NCBI GenBank assembly: GCA_964234715.1
Contig: OZ174280.1
Source of the DNA: Podarcis melisellensis
Lineage: Eukaryota
Reading direction: 5' to 3' (one strand)
DNA: 64,000 nt
The notes under the pieces: generated by a model
The model's database searches: none
What the model saw: the letters and a program-made list of their open reading frames with translations, nothing else
Told to the model about the DNA's origin: nothing
Program-made: the position numbers and the translations under genes
Shown: piece by piece, positions 28,153 to 41,200 of the stretch
Layout of the letters: each line of letters starts with the position of its first letter
Position numbering within the stretch: position 1 is the stretch's first letter

Positions 28153-31100
28153 AGACTAGGCACCATCTCAGCTACAATCTAGGCATTTCCTGCTGCAGCA
28201 GCTGTAAGCTTTCCTTTGTACAAATTAAAACAAAAATGGAATTGCCTAGTTCTTTTAACAGAGAAAACCGGGAGAAAGAACCAGAAGAAAGGGATTTAAT
28301 TATATAGGGCTTCAAAGCAGTGCGGACATACAAAGGAGGATAATGAAATTAAAACGGCTGTAGAAATTTCAACTACAATCTTCATAGTCCAGGATAATAT
28401 GCATGTAACCTACTTGACCCACATATACAGATGCTGCCTAATAAAGAAGATTTCCCTTCAATTATGTCAATGCATAAGGCAAATGCACACCTAATGCCCA
28501 AGCATGGAAAGCAATGGCTGTGTAGCCTAATGTCAACCCTTCTTCAATGAAGATACAATGGGGATTCAAGCACGTCTCCCTGGTGCTATCCACAGTTCTA
28601 TTGATCTGCTATCTTAAAATCTAAATGGCATCTCCATGGCCTTTCTATCTGGCATTCAGTGTTCTCTGATATGTTAACTCCTGCTCCCCTGGACCCTTTC
28701 TCTGTTTAATTTTAACAATACAGGAATCTTGCTTCTAATCTAAGTGTCTCCTAAATTCTCTCACTCCTATTTGTGTCTCCTATGGATAATCTCATACAAA
28801 ATGCTTAAGAGATACTTGATTTATAATTTTAATTGGTTCAACTTTAACCTCCAGCTACTGGTTCTTATTCAGCCATGGGCTATACAGCCTTTCTTCAGCT
28901 TAGTTTTCCTTCTGTTATAAGAAACTCAGGGTAGACCTCTGTGGTTCTTCCCTGCGCTCAAGGGACAGCTTACAATGAGGGTGCTCTGTTGCCCATTCTC
29001 TCTTGCCCATTCTAGCGACGAGTGGAGGAGAGTAACTGCTTACACTTCATTCCTACAAAACCACACTAGGCAGGATTCACTCGATACGTATACTCTACAA
29101 AGGATCTCAAGGGGAAAGCAGCATGAAAAATCCCCTCTCCAAATCATATGCATGGCAAGCAGTAAGCACTACTGTGTAACTGTTCAGTTTTCAGCTCCCA
29201 CCATTTCTGCTCAAAAATTCCAACATCACATAATGATACTCACCTGTTTTGCAATTAAAAGTAAACCAATAACCTTTATTAACCAAAATTCTAGAAAATA
29301 TGGAAAGAACACACTCCATTTGAAAGAAATGCAAATGAATTGCTTTGCTTGACTGTCACCACCATATAACAGGAAATCTATGTTGCCTGCTACAAGGAGT
29401 CATCATAGATCCCAGATTGAATTCCAGGGACTCCTCAGTTTATCCTCTGTTGCAATAGTGGCATCTCTCCCCGCCCCCCTTCTTTCATGTGTCATCTCCT
29501 CTACCTGCTGTAGTAGGCAGGAATTCAGATATGCCACACAGGAGTTAGGTGAGGAAGGGGAGGGAAAATTGGGGGGAGGGAGGTGATGCTTCACCTTCAG
29601 ATTAAGAGAAAAACTTCATTTTATGTAGGAAATCTCCAGGTTACAACATGGCAAGCCTAGCCACTTAGTTTCTCTGAGCTAAACATTGAAGTGTGGAGGA
29701 GAGAGAATGTGGAGATGAATTTCTGTGTTTCTTCTTGTGGTTTAATGGGCCCAACATTAATGAAAAGTGGATAACAAAAAACAATTTTGTAACTTTTTCA
29801 TATCTCACACTAACTTTCCTGGGGTCTTCATTCCATGTAAACCCTTATTAAGCTTTGGATCTGTGGCTGTGATTTTGCAGAACAGAAAAACCAAGTCCAA
29901 TGCTTTGGCATAGCTGTAGTCATTAGAAATCTTCAGACAATGCTTTCCTTTCATCTACAGCACATGCAAACAGAACGGAATTTTGCCAGGCCCAATATAT
30001 CAAATGCAGACAGCTGTTAAGAGAATTAAGTGACTGAACTGGTCAGCTTTTTATGTAGATACTCTTCTGGTTGTTAAATGTGTTACATAGACTTGCTGGC
30101 AACTGGGAAAGGGGGACTTGATCTGCCATGTCAGAGGGGCAGCTTCTGAACATTGCTGAGTCTTCAAAATTAATCCATGACTTGGCTTCCCCTGAAACAG
30201 CAGAAGTAGGCACACAGCAAAAAAATCTGTTGGTATAATCAGCAATTCCCAGTGGGTCCTCCTGAGCAAAGTATGAGTTTGTGAAACACAAGCTGGAGCC
30301 AAAGCTAAACAGATCAGTAGGTGACATAACAGTGTGATTTTCCAAAGAGACTGACGAAGAAGGCAAGCTCTGATTGGTCAAACAAATGCTCCCATACATC
30401 TGGCACATATTTTCTTGGCTGGTGCTCTACAGCCCACAGGGCCTAGAGTAAATGTGAGCAGCTCTCACATGCCCCAAAGCAATAAAAATTAAATTATTGC
30501 AAAATAATAATTATAATAATAATTGAGCTCAGGAAAACGAACTGTGAATGGGAAACCTAGCATCCTCCCCCCCCCACTTTTCTGGGAATGAGCGAGGCAA
30601 AGTTCCCATACTGTCTGGGCTGAGCTGACTGTTTCTGCCCTAGCTGGCAAACTTATTGTGCCACTGGAAAACTCTTAAAAATAAGATGAGCAATGGTTCA
30701 ATAATTGCGTAGGAGCTTGTGTGGAGGTGGAACATGTTGAACATTATGTAAATCGTGCTTGCTGGTTTTCTGGAATATCCAATATTTTCATTTATATATA
30801 ATCTGGAAAGTGTGGCCAGTTTTGAATACTGTTAATGTTGCAAAAAGACTTCTGGCAATTCTAGGTGTGCTCTGACCAATATTCGATTCTGCATTAGTAG
30901 AGGTGGTAAATCTCCTAAGAATGTAATGTGCATCCTACAAGGGCTAAGTGGTAAGAAGCGGCCCCCTCCCTTGAGGCAAGAGACAGATGAGGAAGGCATT
31001 GCAATGTAGGAGGAAGAGGGAAGAGCTTGACTCCAATCTGGAAGGCCTGGAATCTACCGTGGACAAATAATGAAATAAGCAACTCTCAGCATCTGGCAAT

Positions 31101-32639
31101 AAAGAGCAACAATACCTGGAAGAAACATGGGTTGCTATTAGATTCCTACAGTCACTGTCATGTGATAATTACACATGTGACTGAGAGGATCCGCCTCTGG
31201 CCTGAGCTATCATGGGACAAGAAAGGTAACCTCAAAATAAGCACTTGAGAAGCATTCATGATGACACCTCTGATCATGGTTACTTATATTACAGAACGTA
31301 ACCCAATTGCCATACATCATTGGGAATACAGGATACAAGTTCTGAAATCAGCAGAGTGTTAACAGTCCTTGAACTACAAAGGGCAAGGCAAGGCAGGCTT
31401 CAGGGAGATTTCACGGAGAGCACATGCAGGCACAGGAAGCAGAGTCCAATTGTTTCAGTGGGATATGGTTAGTTTTCCGCCTACAGTACTTCAAACAAGA
31501 CTCGCGGATTTACAGTAAATTGCAGCTGTGCCCTCTATGTTTCTGCTGCCAGCAGAAAAAAATACTTGTTCTGCCTTGACAATGGCTAAGTGAGTCATGT
31601 TGGCCTGGTTCCTAAATGGCACAGGGGGTTCAGGTTAAGAGGTGGGCCATCTAGACTCCGCCACATTACTTCTCATTAATGTGTCTTGCCTCTTTCTCAG
31701 GTGCCTCGGTAGAAAGAACAGAATACCTATAATTGCCTTTTACAACATTTTAGCAGAATTGGACAGAATTAGTGGTTTATTGCCATTGTAAGAAAGGAAA
31801 AGAAACATTGTGTAATAGACAAAAGTTATTTGGGAATGAACATCACACCAGGAAAAAGAAAAGGACAAAAATGGCTTATATATGCTGCCCTCACAGTTGT
31901 TCCATATTTGTCTGTAACAACACAGAAAGCCATTGTTGCAGAATAGCAACGATCTCCAGGTAGAGACTATCCATGCACTCAGTTTGAATTACACTTTTAT
32001 TTAGGTTTAAATGGGACAATTTACCAGAATTGTGAATAGTGCCCAGGTATGCAAATGGTTGGGTTTCTCTGTCATGAAACGTATTAGTGCCGATCAGGAA
32101 AGGGTCAAGCCATTGCTTCTGTGTTTACTGTATGAAATGCAAATGCTACCATTCACAATGATACAATTCACAGACAACCTTAAAACTTGCTACTTTTTTG
32201 CACCCTAGATTGAAAAGTAAAGTGTGAACTGGCTTTAAGAGAATCACAGCACAGATCAGCCCAAAGCTTTGGAGCACTAGAGTCTAAACCTTCCCCACTC
32301 CTGTTGGTGTACTCTCACATTGAATAAATGACCTTTCAGGTTGTAATGGACAGAGCTTATAGATCTGATAAACGACTATCCCTTGGAACAGGTAGTCAAG
32401 GAGTTGACCAGAGAGGAGACAAACCCAGATTTAATCCCGAGAGGTGACCAGGATCTAGTGTGGGATGTAAGTATTGTCAAACTGCTCAGAAACAGCAAGA
32501 GAACAGCTTAAACAAGAATTTAGTGAAAAGGAACTTGAGAGGAAGAATCAAAAGAGCCAAAGCTTTTCAAGATGTTTGGTAGTTATTTAAAATCACAACC
32601 ATCAAAGTTCAGATAGAACATCCAGCAGATTAAGAAAAA

Positions 32640-32945
32640 CAGAGACGTGTCCAAGACGATGCCATTATGGTTAACGTGCCATAAAAGGGAAGGTGAGTTT
32701 CTTGAAGAAGTGTCCATCTTGCCCAAATATGGAATATAAAAAGAAGCACAACCCTTGGCAATGCTTATCACTAGAAACATTAAAACAAACAAGAAGCATT
32801 TCTTTAGATACGTAAGGATCAGGAAACCAGTCAGGGAAGTGGTCATATTGTTAGATGACAACAATGCAAAAGGGTTACTGAAGGAGGATGTGGAGATTAC
32901 AGAGGAGCTGAGTAAATTCTTTGCATCAGTCTTCATTGTTGTAGA
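32640..32945 (+). mobile_element. CR1 LINE ORF2 fragment (degenerate)
   Basis: RNIKTNKKHFFRYVRIRKPVREVVILLDDNNAKGLLKEDVEITEELSKFFASVF resembles the CR1 segment between the endonuclease and RT domains. Confidence 0.8.
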
Positions 32946-34278
32946 AAATATTTCCATGTAGTAGGCCTAGGAATGGTGCAAAAGTGCACTAAACTTTGTA
33001 TTTATATATTCATAGTAATTGTGAGAATTTGGTTGGGGAAATTCCCCTCAGCCTACATACTCAAATAGGAGCAGTTGTCTGAGTGTGTTTTTAAGGAATA
33101 GCTATTACACAGTACTGTCAATATCAACTCGCCCCCCCCCCCGCCATAAGGAATTTCAATTAGCTTCATCTTCTTTGTAAGTGGAATTAAGAAATATATT
33201 ATCCTGAGAAATAGTGAATAGTGAAGACAGCTGAAATCAGTACTTCTAATGCGCTGTGAAAAGCTGGTTGTGACCAATCAAATCAAGGCATTCTTCTAAC
33301 TTCCTGAAATGTGTGTTCTGAAGGGGACAGAGAGGAGAATTTACTGAGATGGAATTTGTGTTTTTTGTGGCTACTGTATTGAACCCAGAGCAATTACAGA
33401 GAAGAACAAGGAAAGAGACATGTAACTGACTGGGCCAATAGCTGTGGCTGAAATTTGGCCTTTCTGCACATTTATAATAATTGAACACAGTCAGCATATC
33501 TTCTCTTAAATCTTCAGTTGTGGAGATATAACATTTCTGGACACTGAAAGCATGGTATTTTGTACCTGGGAAAGTAGAAGGCTTCCCCCAGATAATACAT
33601 TAATTGCTATTGCTATTATCAGTGAGACCTACTGGGTATTCCAGTGATGAAATTAATGATGAGCCATACAGCCCTCTGCTGTGCCTGCAACATTTTGTGA
33701 GGTCTTTTATTATTATTTTAATGTCAAAAAATAATTTGTTTAACCCTCAACTTCTCCACTGTGTCACCCCAGTGCGGAGTCCAGCAATATCTATAATCGA
33801 TCTATCATCTATCAGCAGCAAAGCTACTAATACCTGCTATATTGTACTTCTTTAGTGATTAATTGTCAGCAACTCCTTTGAAAGCTATGCTTTCATCCTC
33901 TCTTGTGCTATACAGTTAGCCAATCAAAGAAAGCCTATTGGCCACAAATGCAACCTTCTGTCCATCTTCTTGGCAGCATGACCAAGAGCTAGAACCAACC
34001 AAGAGGCTCACACTTGCCACCTGTTGGACCATCCCATAGATCCTCTCCCCACAATCTAGATCATTACATGTCATAGTCAGGGAGCCAAGCATGCTACATA
34101 ATAATGACAGCAGAGCCAATAAGCCCAGATAACTTTGGCAGTCTGTTGGACACAAGATGGTCTCAAGAGTCGCATCAGTGCCACACCTTTTGCCATTCCA
34201 TTTCCACATTTCCAATTTATCTCATGCTGTCCTATGCCCTGACCCACAAAGATGGCAGAAACATGGGTTGCTCTACCA

Positions 34279-34526
34279 CATGGGTAGGCAAACTAAGGCC
34301 CGGGGGCCTGATCCAGCCCAATCGCCTTCTAAATCTGGCCCGCGGACAGTCCAGGAATCAGCATGTTTTTACATGAGTAGAATGTGTCCATTTATTTAAA
34401 ATGTATCTCTGGGTTATTTATGTGGGGCATAGGAATTCATTCCCCCCCCCCAAATATAGTCCGGCCCCCCACAAAGTCTGAGGGACAGTGGACCGGCCCC
34501 CTGCTGAACAAGTTTGCTGACCCCTG
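34279..34526 (+). mobile_element. hAT (Charlie-like) MITE
   Basis: Imperfect TIR catgggtaggcaaact / agtttgctgacccctg, perfect 8-bp TSD ctctacca (34271-34278, 34527-34534), ggccc subterminal repeats. Confidence 0.85.
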
Positions 34527-36553
34527 CTCTACCAAAAGTCTTTATTCCTTGTATACAAGCCTGGGCCTTGCAGAGACTGAATCACAGGTAAAAAAATAAA
34601 TAAACAGAATTTGACAGCAGCTATGTCTCACAGAGCAGAAACAGCCCATATAGCGAAGCATGATATTCCAGATTAATAGCACATTATAGAAGTAGAAAGA
34701 GCAAGGTCCCCTATCCTGTCATCATCTTGGGATACTTCTGTGATGGAGGAGTAAGAAGAGGAGGAGGAGAAGAGCCATACAGAGGGGTGAAGAGGCCTGT
34801 TTCCAATGACACTATGCAGAGTATGCGAGGTGGGGGGGAAATGAAGACAAGATTTTGACCACTGCAACAAGACTTTGTAAAGTGCAGATGCGGTGCAGAC
34901 TGTACCTGCTGAAGTGTTCCCTTCTATATAACTGAAAAGGATGTGGAAGCCCTCTTACATCTGAACACCTTTGCTCTATATTTCCCCCATCTCTCTTGGA
35001 GCTTACGCTTTCATATGCAGCCCTTTTTTAAGTTCCATATTTTAAATGCCAGAAGGGCCACAGCCTTCAGTCAAACCTGGTTCTATTGACTCTACATGAA
35101 GCAGTGTGGAGGTGGAAGATGGAATATAAACTGTTGCATTTCTAGATGACAAGTTGGGTCTACCTGTGATTGATTTCAAACCCGTGTAGCCATTGGGTTC
35201 CTGGCTAGTTGCCAGGGTGATGGCTAGATCCTGGGATGGAGATATCACTTATCTGCCACTCCATCTTCTCAAGGGCAACATAGCAGTTCAAGGCGATAGA
35301 TAAGGAGATGCAGAACTAATTTTGCAGTAATAAGTTAATCAGCTGACAAAATGGGGTCAATGATGGGGTTACATAAATGTTTCCAGGAAACTGAGAGCTC
35401 AGAAGGTCCAAAGAACAAGGATTCAAAGACTAGTGTGATGAAAGGTCCACATTTTTATTAGGGTGAGGGCTTAATATTAGAATATTCTCAAAGTCTACCT
35501 CACTGGGGTCAGTTCAAACATGGCATGTCTTGTTGCAGTTTCACATGATGTGCAAAGTATGAAGCATTCTGATGCTGTGAATGTTTTTGGAAGTGCTTAG
35601 TTTGATATTCTGATCAGGCAGCTGCATTGCCACTTCCATACCCCACAATATTACCCCAACAGGCTTTGATGCTAGCTTTGAAATGCCAAGACACTGCATG
35701 AGGTATTGCTTGGCTGAAAAACACATTGACATGAGGAATGGAGAGGAATTTTTTTTAGTTAACATTTAATGCAAACCTACAGTATCCAAACCAATACATG
35801 AGCCAAAACACAGCTCTCCTTTCAGATTCTCTGAATCTTTGCAAATTGGGGATTTTTTTTTTACAAGGGCCAAATAAAGTGAAACTGAGAATCCCTGACA
35901 AAGCACAGAAATCTCCCACCTTCACATAGCATTTATGGAACACCTGACAGTCTCATAGTGTGCTTTTTGAAAGGTAAGTAGGAAGCAGTTTTTGGCAAGG
36001 AAATGTTCTTTTTTAAATTTGTCGCAGGAATGTCTTTCTAATCGTGTTACATTTTTGGTACCCATAGCAACTCATCTATTTTGAACTGTGGAACAACGAA
36101 TGTAGTCAATGGGAATAATATGCATAAGAAAGGTGAACTTTATCTGATCTCATTCCTAGGCCGATCTGACCTGCCAATAGTACCAACCGAGCCAGAGAGC
36201 ATGTGTCATTGTTGAGAGCGGGTTGGATGTGTCCATTCAGTCTTTGCAAGCAACTTGACATGCAAAGCATAGTCTGCTATCATTCAAAGAGGAGATGTAA
36301 AAGATGGAACAGTTACAGGCAGTGGAGGCTGGTCCACTAGAGTCAATTGCCCCATCAACATCACTCTACTCTAAGTCTTTTCCCACTTGTCTGCCCTCTT
36401 ATTTATAACCAACCCAAGGGGTGGCATTGGCTGACACCTTCCTCATCCTTAGCCTCAGTGTTGCCCTCAAAGAACACTGCAGAGAGGTCCACCTAATTCC
36501 TGGGTACCAGAGACTGGATTTAGCATGTTAAAATGCAAGTCAGTTACCAACCT

Positions 36554-37227
36554 TGTGATGGCCCCCTAAAGACGGGTCATTAGCTGGAACAAAGGGAGTG
36601 GCTTTGTGCCAGAGGGCAAACTCAGAATCAGCTAGAAAGGCAAAGCCCTTGATGTTGAGTTAGAAGGAGAGTACAGTGGTACCTCTAGATACAAACTTAA
36701 TTTGTTCCGGAGGTCCATTCTTAACCTGAAACTGTTCTTAACTAGAGGCGTGCTTTCACTAATGGGGCCTCTTGCTGCCGCCGTGCTGCCAGCACACAAT
36801 TTCCATTCTCATCCTGGGACAAAGTTCTCAACTCGAGGTAACTCTTCCAGGTTAGCGGAGTTTGTAACCTGAGACGTTTGTAACTTGAGGTACCACTGTA
36901 CAGTAGTTGTTAGGATTTTAGTTGGCTGTGGGAAAAAGGTGTCAGTCTGCTAAATGTAGCAAGAGGGCAGGGTCAGAGCACACTGTGGGCTAACAGCTGG
37001 AATCCAAGGCTGAAGGAATGGGAGAAACAGATTCCTCTTGGAGGGTAATGCTATAAGCCCCTCTTTTGTAGGCTGTGGTTATATGTGTGTGTGTTTAAAT
37101 AAACCAAAAATCATAAAGACACCACAGTCTCCACTGTGCCTCATTTGCAAAGGAAACACAAACCCGGGGTAAGCACCTAAACCCGTGGAATCTTGCAGTG
37201 CTGTGGAGACTGGGGTGGGGTGTAACA
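36554..37227 (+). mobile_element. Probable solo LTR carrying a nested MITE
   Basis: TG...CA ends (tgtgat...tgtaaca), tataa and aataaa in the 3' half; TSD degenerate. Confidence 0.55.
36674..36898 (-). mobile_element. Tc1/mariner MITE, copy 2 (nested in an LTR)
   Basis: Same TIRs and TA TSD; internal sequence is the reverse complement of copy 1. Confidence 0.85.
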
Positions 37228-38098
37228 GAACTTTTTAAAAACCATGGTTAGGATAAAATAAATCCATTCCTCAGATCAGAATTTTTTCATTTGTAAGATA
37301 TTAATGAGTAATAGAAGAAGAAAGTATCTAGTCTGGTGTTCCAAGAACTCATTTCATTAGCTAGCACATCAGGAGGAAAACCTCACATGATCTTTAAGCT
37401 AAACATCAACTAAGAATACTGAATGCAGCTAAAATGTAACTCAGCTGATTTTCTGCTGTCACACACCTCATTGTATCTCCCTCCTGAAACAATGGACGGA
37501 AACTCAGCTCAATGCAAATGAACTCGGCCAAACAATGTGTCTCCGGATCAGCTGCCAGCACCAGTGGGTTTGACCGGCTGCTGCTGCCAGTCAGTCTGAG
37601 ATCTCCATCTCTGGGTTGTTCTGAGTTCAGCTTTGGGAACAGAGAAAGATTAAAAGACCTTCATATTGTGTAGGTGGGTAACTGAATCGGCAGACTGTTA
37701 TGGATTTTCCTGTCATCCTGCAAATTCCAGGACTTCCTTCTTTGAAAAAAGCTAGAGAAACCAAATGCTTGGTGTGTTCCCTGTCTTGCATATATGAATG
37801 AAACACGGAAGGAGATAATAACATTTTGCCCTCATAGGTTCATTTTATAAAGTGGCTGTACATAGGTGTGTGCAGATAGATAATATAAATACAGAGTAAT
37901 ATAAGAGTTATGTTCTCTCTCTGAGTGGCTTGCATATGGTCACCGGATATTGTCCCAAACAGACACTGGTCATGGTTATCTCTTACTGAGCTACACACTT
38001 GCCGTGTAACACTAGACAAAGCTGCCTTGCATACTATTTAAGTACTAGCCTTGGAACAAGGAAAATCATGGTGGTGGTGTTAGTAGAATGGTTTTATG

Positions 38099-38234
38099 CA
38101 GTGCTATTTTTCTAGAAAAAGAGGTGCCAGAACTCACCATGAATGCCTCCCTTATTCTCTTATAATGGCAATGGTGCCCACCTGAGAGGTACTGGAACTG
38201 AGTTCCCGTGAGTTTTGGCTGGACAAAAAGCCCC
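38099..38234 (+). mobile_element. Short hAT-type MITE (family also at about 57044-57180 and about 21110-21215)
   Basis: cagtgctatttttctagaaaaagaggtgccagaactcaccatgaatgcctccctt shared with 57044-57180; near-perfect 8-bp TSD gttttat(g/a). Confidence 0.7.
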
Positions 38235-39559
38235 GGTTTTATATTGTACAGAAAGGTGCTAATCAGCGGGGGGGGGGGGCATCCAATTCCACCCACACCC
38301 CACAACCAAACAATAATGTTGAGGCTGATCTTGATGGGAAAGCAGACCAGGGAGGTATCCAAGGGGAAAGTGTTGCAATAAATGGTTGGTTAATTCAGTA
38401 ACCCTCACATAGACGGGGTAAATGCACAACAAAGAGACAAGAAGAGCACTTCAACATCTGTGCCATATAACTGTTAGCAAGTGTGGGGCGGTGGGAAGGA
38501 ACAGCTTGCCTGATGTAGTCTGCACCCAGTCACAGTCTGAAGACAGGATGTGGGAGGAAGTAGCAAACACTCCAATATTTATTAAATTATATACGCAGCT
38601 GCGTACCTAGGGGGCGGGGCACACTGGGCGGCACTTACCTTGGGGGCGGCATGCCAGAGCCCAAGGTGATGCCCCAGTCCAGGCACCTCAGAGCATGCTG
38701 CACTGCTCCCCAAAGCAGCACGGCCCCAGGGCTGTGCTCATAGGGCGCCAAGCTGCTGCACCCCCCCCAGCCACCAGAGGGGAGTTGAGAAGGACACAAA
38801 AAAAGCAGCATGGGGCTGGCCTCTTGCCGCAGGCTCCCCCTCAGCTGCCTGCCAGCTGAGGGAGAGGCAGTGGGTGGACTCCTTGCAGGCTCTGTGCTGC
38901 TTGAAAAAGCAATGCAGGCCTGCAGGGCGCCCAAGCAGAATGGCTTATCTCCCAGTCCTACCTGAAAATAGTGGAGAATGAACCTGGGACCTTCCGCATG
39001 CATCTGCCCTGTCTCTGAGCTACACCCCTTCCCCATATTAATTCATCACATTTTTGTTCCACTCTTCCTCCTAACAACCCAAGGTGCCTGCATTATATGC
39101 AAACTATGGTTTACCTCCAGAATTGTTTTAAAAATCTGTGTATTTGTTTTTAACTTTGTTACACTAGAAACATTTGCCACAGATTATCCCTACAGAAAAG
39201 ACTGTAGTTTGCATGTTTTTAAAATACATCTTAACCTCAGTCGTAGAGAAAGTTAGTCCTGATAAAGTCTCATCCACTGAGCGCACCTTACTTTATCTGT
39301 ATTGTGCTTGAAACAACTGTGTACATGCTAGTCTTCTACCTCAAGTTTCTGAAGGCAAATAAATTTTTTTTGATGTGTATATATATTCAGAGTCATTTTT
39401 TTGCATTCAAAACAGGCTAATTTTATAAACTGAAATTGTGTTTGTTTTTACATTTATTTATGAGTTTGATTTTTTTCTTAACATTTTCCCTGCATTGTCC
39501 TACGTATAGTTCTCCCCACTCCCGAAAACAAGGAGAGAATGACCTCAAAATGACCTCTC

Positions 39560-40900
39560 CCACTAGCAGAGTTGCCTTACACCAAGTCAAACTATTAGTC
39601 CACCTCTCCCCATTTTGTCTACTCAGACTGGCATCAGCTTGCCAGGGTCTCAAAAGAAGACTTTGCACATGACCTGCTACCTGAACCTTTCAACTGGAGG
39701 AGCCAGGAGTTGAACCTGCAATCTTCTGCATTTTAAGCATGTGTTCTGTCCTTGAGCTAGAATGCAGTTCTAGGGGTAGAAGTACAGTTTAAGGAATTGA
39801 AGCTCTAGCTGAAATCCAAGTAGCATCCCCATTTCAAATCTTTCATCAGTACAATTCATTAACCCATTCAATTATATTTATATAGAAAAAATAGTTTTCT
39901 GTCATTGGGACAAGCTGCAGAGTAGTTTGGTAGAGCATGTATCATAGACTGGAAATAATCCGTTCCCCTGAAATGCTACTTAACCTTCAGGGTAATCAAC
40001 TGAAGCTGCTGTAGGATTGCTTATCTAGCCCCAGTGATGTTCTGAAAGTGACACAAGTCTGGGATTTTGTTGTTGTTACCATGATAGCACTCCACCGAAA
40101 CCCATCAGGTCATTCTCATGCTACTGTTCCAGTGCCTTTGTAAAACTGCTTCTTTTCCATCCAGTTAAAATGACTCTCCCAGAGGACCTGCTCCAGCCTG
40201 TTTCATAGCCCTTGTCTTTCTACGCCTCCAGGAATTGCAAGTTCTTCTCTATCCTGTCAAACAATCCCACCACTGTTGCTTGTGATGACAGTCACTTCTG
40301 CCTTTCCTGGCATGTGGACCAGTTTCCCTGCATCTCTGCACCTCCTCATCACTACAAACCACAAATGAAAACATAGCACTTCATGGCTGATATTGTTTTA
40401 CTTTATGTAACACTGCAGGGATGTGCAGTGACACCTTACCAAAATAATGAAGCTGATTCCCTGCTCAGGATAGACAGATGTATTTTAAGGCCAGGCTTTG
40501 CCACCATAACTACTGCCTGTTTCGAAAGAATTACTCAGTGCTGCCCTGTACAAACAAAGGGAGTGGAGAACTAAGGGTGCTTTCATACATGCCAAATAAT
40601 TCCTGATTTAGCAATGACGTTTTGAGGTATTGGGGGTGGGGAGCAGTTTCTCCATGGATATGAAGATGTGATCACACACACTCGTCCAACACTACATTGC
40701 CAATCATGACACACATGCGGCATGTAGCTATTGAATGCATGCTGTATGGACTCACCCCCACGACCATAGCAGGCAAGGGGTTGTTTTGGAAATTCCTTTA
40801 TGCAACATCTAGGAAGCAGGAAGGTCCATCTAACATGTCTATAAATACAAATTAAATCTGCTCAGATAATCTACAGTAGAGAGATTTCAAGAACAGTAGG
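39560..40900 (-). repeat. Right arm of ~1.3-kb inverted duplication
   Basis: Colinear reverse-complement match to about 21600-22940, including a SINE at the equivalent position. Confidence 0.9.
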
Positions 40901-40959
40901 TGCTTGTTTGGATGGGCACTCACCTACCAGCGAATATGATGCTTGTTCCCCATTGCTGC

Positions 40960-41200
40960 CCTAAAGAATTAGAGAAATTAATGGAGGAGAGGGCTATCAA
41001 AGGCTACAAGCCATTATGGCTATGCTTTGCCCCCACAGCTGGGGCAGTAATGCTTCTGAATACTGGTGGCTGGAAACCACCAGTATTTTGTGCTCAAATC
41101 TTCCTTGCAGGTTACCCACAGGCATCTGGTTGGCCACTGTGAGAACAGGGTGCTGGAATAGGTTGGCCACTGGCCTGATCCAGCAGGCTCTTCTTATGTC
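40960..41200 (+). mobile_element. CR1-type LINE 3' end
   Basis: ..ELEKLMEERAIKGY.. ORF end, then a 3' UTR ending ggcctgatccagcaggctcttcttatg, typical of squamate CR1 tails. Confidence 0.65.

Noticed and set aside
29244-29290. EFWLIKVIGLLLIAKQ resembles p85alpha ENLIKVIEILISTE
   Set aside because: Splice phases in that frame (1 to 0) do not fit, the W..E..PAP end is missing and the match is short; likely chance.
30043-30408. 121-aa ORF with good internal acceptor and PSDMADQ (compare p85 LPDLAEQ)
   Set aside because: No suitable donor and no further similarity.
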